DNA of 44,426 bases, the filler included, from Moniliella sp. 'wahieum' (lineage: Eukaryota): the NCBI GenBank assembly GCA_003971905.1. It is 3 parts of 3 records of this genome, joined end to end, with 100 filler letters (N's around TTAATTAATTAA, not from the genome) between each part and the next. Parts side by side here need not be neighbours in the genome. Positions count along the whole stretch, not along the records: positions 30,514 to 44,426 come from RSEE01000222.1; 2 more parts are not named here. One strand, 5' to 3'. The notes below the pieces were generated by a model. The model saw only the letters and a list, made by a program, of their open reading frames with translations, made no database searches and was not told the origin of the DNA. The translations under genes and the position numbers were made by a program. Shown here in pieces: positions 34,324 through 44,426 of this stretch (position 1 is its first letter; the number at the start of each line of letters is the position of its first letter).

Positions 34324-37300
34324 TTGTCCCCTTGCAAAACCAGCCCGAGACCGTCGGCAGATCTCAACCTCAACGAGGGAATCCCCCTGCCTTTTTTCTG
34401 TCTGCCATCCAATCGCGATGGCATCAGAGGTGTCCTCCCATCTGTCTCTCAAATTCTTTCTTTATTGGGCATCCAGGGTTACCTAGTGCATGTACCAACC
34501 CCCTGCCGCTGCGTTGCCCCGTTTTCGTTTTTAGGTGGGACAACCGGGGCTCGAACCAATCAGGAAAGAGGACCCGTGAACGATATTTTGGCGCTCGTTA
34601 CGATACCACGTCCGCCACGACTTCTCCCATCCAGTGAATATAAGAAACGCGCTGTAACGATGTTGATGTCAAACAAGCTCTTTCCTTAGTCACTGCTACG
34701 GACCGCTATAGGAGACGGAATACCTGGGCATTGTCTCGTGTACACGAGTATAGCGGCGATTGGGAAGGAGAATGTGTGTTTTTACAGACCTTATGTGTAT
34801 CTCGTTGCCTGCCACGGCACAGGGATTGTAAAGAAATTGTCAAGACTAGAGAGCCCCCCCTATGTGGTGACGCTCTGACGCTGATACAGTTGGATAGGAC
34901 GCTGCCGGGGCTCAACAGATGCCCTGTTCTGACAAGGGGATTGTGAAGGGTTTGCCGGCTTCCCACAGGAGGAGACCTTCCCTGCCCACTGGACAAGACT
35001 CACGGAGAACATCCAAGGTCCAAAGAATACAGGCGTGACTAACGTAGGCGGTTCTCAAGAGCAATAGTCCCTTGCTATCCGTCAGGGAGAGCCACGCAGC
35101 GTCCAAGAAGAATTACCCGCGACGACGCCACTGTGGCCGATCAACTGTGCATACCGAATGCGATCCGCAGTGCTAGCGTGGCCCAAAAAGGGGAGCAGGA
35201 CCTCTCCCGGAGAGCAGGGAAGAGCTGGTTGGTTGGTGGACCGGATAGCTGCTCCCCATACAGCACCAGCATATGTTCCACATGTCCACACTGGCTGAGG
35301 GCTGACGCCAACCCCAACGCGCTCATCAGTCTCTCATCTGATGCCCGCGCCCAGTGCTCAGTGACCTGGCACTGGGGCACAATCACTACCGCTCCGCTCT
35401 GTCCCACAGTATAAACTGGATGCCTCGGCTGCACACCGGTCGGTAGCCTAGCCGTTCCCGCAACCATTGGAAATAATCCCACTTCGCAAACCGCTTCAAC
35501 CAGATCAATGAAATATCTTGATCCCTGGCACAGACGAATAATGTGTGCTTGTCTAGGCAGCGAGGATCACAATTTCTCGAGTGATGGAGGAGCTGTTCAC
35601 ATCTGGGTTAAAGAGTACATAGACATCTATTTTGATTTACAGCTGGCAAATGTTGTTGGAAAACCCCATTGCTAACAGTACTTCGCGAGTGAAGGGAAAG
35701 TAGTCAACAAAATGATTCGGATAGCTGCTGAACACCACTCTGGGACCCCGATGGTTTTCAGCCGCATTTCTTAACTCTGTTCGTCCTATACATGAATAGC
35801 ACATGAGGCGACCGCCCGGCTTGGTCCCATTCTTCCTGTACAGAGCTCAGTGGACGTATGTGGGTGCTTTTGCTTGTAAGTATTGTGCAGCTAACTGGGA
35901 TAGGGGTGATAAAGTCATAGCATTCACTGCATAGTTCCCACAAGAGCTATGCTCCCATCCGCAGGTAGGAAAAAGAAAAATAAAATAAGAGCACTACTGC
36001 GGCAGTGCCTCTGGTCGCATGTCACCAGTGTAGCACGCAATTCATCCACACAACAGTAAGTTGCATCGAGTAAGTTGCATATGGGCCAAAGTAATTCTAC
36101 GGTAGGCACAGTGGGATCATTGCGGGGTTTGGAGGGGCTTACAGTAATCTACGTCCATTATCTCATTTTTGCTCCAGGACCCATCCGCTCTTTCTGAAAG
36201 AATTCGGCGGGGATGTGGGTTTATCGAAAAAATGGGGTGTTCGCACGATTACCCGATGTAACTGTGCCTACCATCATTGCATCCAAGTCACGCAATGTGA
36301 CATCCAAGTCCCTTCGATCCACGTTGTCCGGCATTTCAAGTCGCCCTCCATGTCGTAATCTAGGATGAGGGTCATTTAATAGTTGCATTAAGCTTTGGGG
36401 GAATAGGAGAATTGCAGTTTAGGATTCGGGCGACTTGGCTGAATGCTGCTATGTCAGGCTGGTGTGATGGGGGATTGTGTATGATGGGGGCTCAGGGGTG
36501 GTTCCTTGGGGATGATACGATCCAATTTGGATCTGTCATTGCACTTCATGCCTCTATACCATTGAACAAGAGTCGGAGGTTTTAAAAGCTGGAAAATTGG
36601 CAGTACAACGCTATCATTGAGATGAGACTTTCTAACGCAGTAGGCAGAAAGATGGACCCGAGGCCACGATAGAAAACTCCACCACCTTATCACCAACCAT
36701 GTTTAGTCTGTATCGGCGAATGCCCGGTAGCATGCATGTGTCTTTGTTTCATCGTCACGACAAGCTGATGCTGGTATGTAAGCATTCTTAGCCGCTGAGT
36801 GAACTCGGTAACTTATCCTGACGGGGCCGTCAGGAAGGTCACCGATATGTCCGTACCCAGAACAGCCAAAACAGAGACGCCTCCAGCCCATAAACTTCGT
36901 TCTACCTCAATGGGACTCGAAACCCGTTCATCCATGCCCATAATTACTCGGATGAGAAAGAAAAGAGAACCGTACAAACCACACCGGACATCAACCCAAA
37001 TGCCATCCCCTCATGGCCAATATTATTCCCACCTGGACTATTCTTCATCTCGTTAACCGCTACATGGAACTACCATACTCATTTCAGTTCACCTGGACGT
37101 GATTGTTTTGTTACCCGGCAAAAAGTCAATGGCAAGACCCACAGGGGAACCATCCAATTAGCCCCGTGATATAAGGGGGTATTGTCAATGGCAGAGGTTA
37201 ATTGGCTCAGGAAACTTTGTCCACTTCATCTGTTGGCTTCCTACATACGTATTTGGGTCAGTATTCACGAGTGTGATGTTTGGTAACCTGATCCTACACA

Positions 37301-39829
37301 GAGAATATCATAAGCACTTAAAGTGTTTTATCTAATTCGCACATCAGCAATGGTGTGGTGACCATCCTATACCGACAAGTCCCAGGATCGTTGTTGACAG
37401 ATATATCACCAGGTTTCAAGATGTACATCGTTTAATGAAACGATTGGATCATATGTTCAGAAAATGGATTGAGAGAAACATCCGTAGTAAAGGGGAAGCG
37501 GATGAAATAGTCACTGTGTTGCCGCAGAATAATTCATAATTGAGATCAGTCCCATGCCTTCAGGATATCCATGAAGGCGTTTACATGTTAATCGATGGAA
37601 CAATACTAAAACCTGATGTACCAGTATGGTATGCGGGTGATGCGATAACACCCAACTAGTATGTGTCAGTCTGTTGAGACCGCGGATATACTTCTGATAA
37701 TTTTACAGGTGTGGGATAAGCTGTACCTCAGGCTACATCAAATTGCCGTTGCTACCAACAAGGCCGCAATAATTTGTCCGGATGCCGGAGGCACTCAGAC
37801 ATCGAGCCATTGCGCGGTTGTCGTGTCTCCCAATATTCGGCGAGAGGTGCAAATAGCTCCAGTGTCGTGAGCTGAGATTCGGTGACGAGTGTTCGCCCCA
37901 CTCTGGTTAGCATCGCGAGCTGTAAGGTACGCCATTGAATACTCCCATCCGGGCACCTATGTAACCCAAACTCATCATCAAATCATACAATTGGATTGTC
38001 CCAGTAGATGTCACTGCAGATGCCCAATAACGATACCGTTACCGGCCCTACGTGAACATATTGTTGACATCCGTCCTAGGACCGCGCGGACCCTGAGTCA
38101 CGTGAGTCAGCTTTCATTCCTCCCGAGCTCGCACCAGTCTTGTGGACGAGTCAGTCGCAGAAGCTTCTTAGTCCAATGCGACGTTCAGTGCTCACATTCT
38201 GTGGTAGTAACGAGGCCGACAATATCATTGAGGCCCAATTGTGAGACCATGTAACAGCTGGAAAGCTTGGCCGAGCGTCCAATTGTTCGTCATTTGTTAT
38301 TGGCATCTTGACGATTGGTTGTCAGGGTATTTGGGCCCAGAACGAGTAAATGCATTTCAATTGTGTAGAAAATAACCTCACCGCTTGCTCAGTTCATTCG
38401 GGTCAGTATTTCGTTACCGTTACTAGTCGGTTCACTCACATTAATTTTTATCGAGCTTCTTCAGTTACTGGGCGTGGTCGTTATTGAGTCGCTACCACTC
38501 TGGATCTTTCACGGTATGCCGCTTACTAACCACCTGAGTTGTTCGCCCTACGGCGATGAAGCCTCTAAAAGCTTCTACTGCTCAGTCAAATTGCGGAACC
38601 GCATATGGTGGTGGAAATGGTGGCCTATGCTCTGATCTCTAAACTACAGTACGATGAGGAAATAAGGGCGCTGCTGCTTCAGTGCCACTGCGGTAGCATG
38701 TCGCAAGTGTAGCACTGTTGATCTATGTCTCCCACCGTGTCTGTTGGAAATAAGCGCTGAATGCAATGATGGTTCAAAAACAGGAAGTGGGACTAGGCCT
38801 AGCAGAGCAAAAAAAAAAAAAGAGAGGGATAATGGAGTCGGGCGCTAGATCAGTCTGGGATCCAATCCAGACTGCGTGCTCAGTGCGGCCACCTCGGGTG
38901 AGAGGAGCAAGTCAGCGTGGCTTAGAGGTTATCGGCCCTCGAACCCCCCGGTCAACAAGCACATGATACGTAACTCATGCGCTGGATCTGAAAGTACGCG
39001 GCAGGCATCGTGGTTCGCTCGAAACTGTAGCCCTGGGTGTTCTTTAAGCTACTAGCCTCCTCCCTAGTTGCCACGCCGGGCTAACAGCCCTGATTGGATC
39101 GAGTATGCAAACTGGCTTCCTTTGTACGCTCGATGTCAAGGACCCCTACAACTCTCGGTCCCACTGGATGAACATATTTGTCGACCTCGCCCCCAGGCTG
39201 TGAGGCGCCGCCGGGACACTAGTATTGGGCGTTAGTACGGCCGCCGAATAGGTTGTTCAGGATCTCAAACATACCGAACACAGAGTGCCTGGTACGACTA
39301 TAGTACTTAGTTGTCTCGAAACCTTAACTGAGCGTCTTGGCGTGCGGAAACCATCAGCCACAGATCCCTTCATTGCCTGCACAGAGGCGACGCTGACGCC
39401 ATGCGCCTGTCCTACTCTTTGTGGATGTCCTCTCCTCGCTGGCACTTTGTGTCGGGTCTTTCCTAAGCTTTCAAGCAGAGCTTCGAGGCCCAGGTGTAGT
39501 CGCTCAACTCTAACGGTGATTCTATGTATGTTGAACTTTCTTGGGGGCTCGAGCTTCTTGGCGCCCTACTCTACCCTCCCGAGGGTACATAAAAGTGAGC
39601 AGCACACCACTTCTCCTCGCTCTGGTTTCCAAGATACCATTCCATGCATCCTGAATGTGGACCCCAACAACGACGTCCACAGCACGGCCCCGTGGATGGG
39701 ATGATGCATGGCTTCCGAGAAGATCACAGCGAAGCAAAACAATAGACCAAGAATCAAGTGCTTACGGGTCAGTTGCATGTGAGCTGCGACAAGATTATAG
39801 GGAGTGCTTGATGAAGGGAGATGGTTTGG

Positions 39830-41415
39830 CTAGACCCGAACCCACAGACGTCCCTTGGAAGCGGTAAGGCGGGCGATGGAGATGATGACCGTGCCGGTCA
39901 TCACTATGGCGGCCGAGTAGAGAAGGAGCGGCCACCAGCGATCGTTATTGTCTCCCAGCACGGCGCCGCCGATGGGCGTACCGAACAAGCCTGCGAAGGA
40001 CAATACGAAATAACCTGTGCCTATCCGTGCGCCGACTGTGTCCGTGGGGCCGATTTGAGCCAAACACGAGGGAAGAAGAGAGATATAGGATCCTGCAGAA
40101 AGAGAACGACCGGGTTAGCAGCGCATTCCAAGTCAGGGACGGGGGGGGGAAGCGAGAACAAACCGGAACAGAATCCTAACAGGATGGAAGCGGGAATCAG
40201 TCCACCCAAGTTATTTGCCAAGGGCCACACAAACAGGATAGCCGACACAACGGCGCAAAAAGGGACCAACGTATTAAACCGACCGATCTTGTCGGCCAGT
40301 AAGCCAGGAAGGATACGTCCGAAAGTAGACGAGGCGTTGATGACCGACAAGAAATAGGATCCTTGTGGGATGCGGTACTGGGCAGTGAAGAGGTCGAGGT
40401 ATGTCCACACGTTGTAGATCGTCAAAAAAATGAGAAACGCACCGGAAGTGAGCAAGACAAAGGTCCAGGACTGGAATGCAGAAAAACTGGATCCATTGAA
40501 TCCGCCGCCATCCTCCGTTGGCAAAGTGAATTTTGGGTGCCAATCGTTGGCGTAGAGCGAAGTAGGAAGGAATGAAGCAAGCCAATGCCATAAATCCAAA
40601 AATACGCATGCACCAGGGGAAGCCAACGTTGGGGTGATCGATCAGCTTGCGGGCGGCAATCGGTTAAAATTGTGCCACCGATGGAGCTACCCGAGGCCAC
40701 AATCCCATTCGCGAACGCCCGGCGACGCAGAAACCAGTGCGACGAGGACATAGCACCCAAGTTGAAAAAAGTCCACACGCCAAGGAAATGCCCACCCCTT
40801 GGGAGAGAAAAAGTTCCGTATCGTCTTGCACAATGACAACAACATCTGGCACACAACAAACAGGATGGCTCCAACTAGAAAGGTCTGTTAAAGACTAAGT
40901 TAGAACGTCAATTTGAAAGAAGGGCACAAATGAAGGGTGGTACTGACAAGGCGAAGGTAACCGGCATCGAAGAGGCGACCGACAACGGGTCCCATCATAA
41001 AAGGCAAACCGTACTGGAACGAACCAATCCAGGCAACCTGGCTTGATGATTATCCTTCAACATAGTGCGGAGGTAGTACTCTTCGAAGACACCAAACGCA
41101 TTGACCAGGCCAAACGACCAAAACATGCACCAGAACCGCCAAAGACGGAAAGCCAAGCGTGTAAGCCCGTCTCAGGAAAATCAGAAGCGGAGTCAAAGCG
41201 AAAGTTGGCTCGTTCATTAGGGTACGTCCATCTTGGCTGTTCCCTTCGCCGTTGCTGCTGACAACAGAATGAGGTGCAGAAAGTGGTGAGGGAGTGTCGT
41301 TTACCTTCTTGCACGGATCAATTGCTGCTTCTTTTTCTGGATCGACGGGCAAATGGGAAGTTGGGTCCGCAAGAAGCATGTCGGGAGAATTGGCAGAGCC
41401 CATATCAACGTGCAT
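39830..41415 (-). CDS. MFS monocarboxylate-permease-like transporter (MCT/Mch family), spliced
   Basis: FPETGLHAWL, AFGVFEEYY, VAWIGSFQ, GPVVGRLFDAGY, HWFLRRRAFANGIVASGSSIGG, NASSTFGRILPGLLADKIGRFN, GARIG and GTPIGGA. Introns at 40885-40947 (GTCAGT..CTAAC..CAG) and 40093-40163 (GTTTGT..GCTAAC..CAG). Several 1-bp frameshifts. Start is 41415 or 41403. Confidence 0.92.
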
Positions 41416-44068
41416 GGAATCAATGTGGTATGCTTCGGGGAATAAGATGCTGACGAAAAGCGACGGGATGGCGATGCGTTCAATCAAAGGAAGGTGTGAA
41501 CGAGTCCATATTATATAGTGGTTATGGATCAAGGTGCTTTTTCGATGTTGTGGGCGCTCACGACTCACGGCCATGCACCAATAAGCTGGCATGTGCCTTT
41601 CAGGAGATGTGTAGAACTGCGAGTGGGACGGCGAAACTAAAGTCCGTGGTCTCCGAGGAGGATATAGAGACGAAGGTGTTGCCAATGTATCGCGCGTTTT
41701 GTCGTCGACTGGCCTTCATCGGTCCTAGAGCAGCAGTATTGATACTGCGGAAAGTCCCCGCAGGAAAGAGAGAACATTCAATTTTGCTTTTGCAAACTCT
41801 CTCCATCGGAGATTATAGTTCGGACGATGGATAATCCGGGAATAATGTAGGCACAAGGTGTTCGCGCAACGTGACTCTGGGGCGGACTACCTTCTCGGCT
41901 TGGACTTTCTCAAGGACCTAGTAATAGTTCTCTTCGGACATATGGTCTTCTTTTCTACACGATGGATTGTGCAACTTAACCCTATTTGTAGCCAGTAACG
42001 GGCAACATACATAGATGCTGCTCTTTTTTTTCTCCTTCACTTTCTCCTTCGCCTTATTTCGCTTTACCTCGGTCACCTGCTTCCCTTCCTCTCTTTCCAT
42101 CGACTTCATATACCTGAATCAATGCTTCCTGAGCGGTCTACTTCCCTGTCAGAGATTAATAGAGACCTGTCTACGGTCGTGTCTTTCGAGTCCTCACTCC
42201 ATTCCCCCGTACTCTCTGTAGCAAAGCGTTGATGGAACATCTGTGCTAATGTTGGGTGATGTTCGAATTCAAAGGGCCATTGACCTCCGAAGGCTTGGTG
42301 TCAATTCGAGCACATTGCCGTGCTGGTTCCCCGGGATCGACGGGGTGCCGCTTTCCACACTTTTCACACCCCTCTCATCTACTACCTCAGCTTGTAATTG
42401 TGACTAACTCCTGTTGCGTCTCTACAACAGCATTTCTGCGCTGAGGACACAACAAGGTACGATCGATCAATGACACAGCGCCCAAAGAATGGATCTGATG
42501 GTTTGACGGATCTGATATTCTGATGGTGGAGATGTTGCACTTGGGTTGGCTGAAGAGTCTTTGTATCGAGTATCTCCACGGAAATAAAACGGTGATTGCA
42601 CATCACATGTCACAGTGCCCCCATTAGGGTTAGAAACGTGGATCAAAGGCATCTTGCAAGCTATTGTCAATGAGAGCTGTGGTCACTAACTGGTCTAGGC
42701 GGCCCATCCCAGCTGTTGTGGGTTAGGAGGATACGGCTGTCTGTCCAACCGGGAGACTGCCCCCCCTAACCCACAATAAAATAGTGTATATATTTATTGC
42801 TCACGGAGGTTGGATATGCCAGAACTTTCCGCACGGCATCTGTCACGGGCTGCGGCGGACACAAGATGGTCCGACCCAAGCTAAGGCCCGCCTGCTCCGC
42901 ACATGCCCAGTAGAGCGTGCACCGCAGGCCAACTAAGTGTGATGATGGTTGGCTATTAAGTATCGGGCCGAAGGGCCATGCTCCGCGCGACAATAGTCAC
43001 CCCCGCAAGTCCAAGTCGGCCGGCCTAAATAAGGCCACCGAGCCAGTGCCGTGGCGGCATTGCCGTCCCGTCCCGTTTCCGTTTCCTTTCTGGTCGCGCT
43101 GGGCGACCAACCTGCTTTTGACATGTCTTCCTTTCTACACCCCTCTTGTATCCGTTGCCCTTTTGATCCTGCCTGTACCCCTGGTTGATGGGGATCTTTT
43201 CCCCCACCTTCCTTCTCGTCATCCTCTCGTTCCACTTTCTCCTTTCTAACCCTATCCTGTCCGACTCCTGCCGTTTCCAGCCAATTGATCCAGTACAGGC
43301 AGCTCCTCTTGTTAGGTCCGACATCTCCTCCGACCTCGTCCTCCAGCCCTTCGTCAGTCCAATCGCGCGAGCCCTCCTTCGGTCGCGGCGATTCCCAGTC
43401 TCAGTTGAGCAGTGTTTGTCCCCCTCTGCCTCCTCCCGTCCTAAGTCCCGGAGGCTTCAGACACGTACTACGGCCCAAGCCGGTGCGGACGCAGCCTTGC
43501 CACAGTGCAGCCGCCCCACCAAAGGCCTCGTCCCTAGCTCCGCTCGGACCACAACCAGCCTAAGCCCGAAACTACCGTGAGTCGACCTACCGTCGCTAAG
43601 GATTGTACCCAAAAAACCAGGCGGGCCCCCTGGCGGCGCCCGCCCGTGACACCCTGTGGGCAAGAACATGTAGGTATACTGGAAAGAATATGGGTGCAGG
43701 GAAGATGCTGGCACTCAAAGGTGTCGAGAGGCTTGAAAGAAGATGGACGGAAACCAGTCTGCCGGGAGACGAGAAAGGAGACAAAAAAGAAGTTGAGTTT
43801 CAGTAATATATCTGAGTAGAGACAAGTGGGAACCGAAAGTAGTGAGGTCAAATGGGACGAAAAGCGTTGCGAAAGCCCTCGGCTTTTGGATTGGGGTCAA
43901 CGCATCGGTATCGGAGAAAGAGAAGATGCGTGACATTCGAGAAGAACGAAGTGTAGCTACACATGGAGGAAAAATCGAGTGCTTGCGGCTCACTTGCTCG
44001 TGAGCTTGGGCCAAGAGTAGTGTGTAAGAATGCCAGAGGGGAGATGACGAAGGCACAATGTTTATTGG

Positions 44069-44426
44069 CTAGACCCGAACCACAGGCGTCCCTTGGAAGC
44101 TGCAAAGCGGGCGATGGCGACGATCGCCGTGCCGGTCATTGCCACGGCGCCCGAGAGTAGAGCAGGAGCGGCCACCAGCGATCGTTTTGTCCCCCAAAAC
44201 AGCGCCGCCAATGGGCGTGCCAAACATGCCGGCAAAGGATAATACGAAATAGCCTGTACCTATGCGCGCGCCAACTGGTCCGTGGGACGATTTGGGCCAA
44301 ACACGAAGCAAGGAGAAGAAATGATCCTGCAGAGATGAGAGACCCAACGAAGGACACATTCAGGCAAAGAACTGAGTTAAGAGGGGAAGAGAGAACGAAC
44401 CGGAACAGAATCCAAAACAGGATAGA
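44069..44426 (-). CDS. Second MCT-like MFS transporter (tandem paralogue), 3' end only; runs off the window
   Basis: GARIGTGYFVLSFAGMFGTPIGGAVLG, WWPLLLYS and ASKGRL..RV*, with the last intron at the same position (~44327-44400). Confidence 0.9.

Noticed and set aside
34700..38300. Possible fragmented minus-strand gene(s)
   Set aside because: Some stretches look protein-like, but I could not recognise a family or build a consistent exon model. BLASTX would be needed.
30530..41415. Frameshifts in the RT, OPT and MFS genes as programmed frameshifting or proof of pseudogenisation
   Set aside because: Single-base indels occur throughout, including between near-identical repeats and rRNA copies, which fits unpolished long-read error.

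Overview
This is eukaryotic DNA, most likely from a basidiomycete fungus with an unusually divergent LSU rRNA (5S type, TTAGGG telomeres, GT-AG introns with CTAAC branch points). The window is three contigs joined by artificial 100-bp N/TTAATTAATTAA/N linkers, so adjacency across the linkers is not evidence. Contig 1 (1-12204) holds the 3' part of the LSU rRNA, a 5S gene and a long repeat-built downstream spacer that contains an LSU fragment, a CCHC-knuckle ORF and a decayed CRE-clade reverse transcriptase (RT) fragment. Contig 2 (12305-30413) starts with telomere repeats. It continues through subtelomeric satellites, an array of modules all ending in ATATGTCTAG, an internal telomere remnant, a near-identical LSU fragment ending at the arthropod R1 target sequence, and a diverged paralogue of the contig-1 spacer with a 5S pseudogene. 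That paralogue is interrupted by a complete 1.6-kb non-autonomous LTR element with a Tf1-type self-priming site. Contig 3 (30514-44426) starts with telomere repeats fused to a 5'-truncated CRE/Cnl1/MoTeR-like non-LTR retrotransposon, which abuts a 5'-truncated OPT transporter gene, and ends with two tandem MFS monocarboxylate-transporter-like genes. Many single-base frameshifts are probably long-read errors. All alignments were made by eye.
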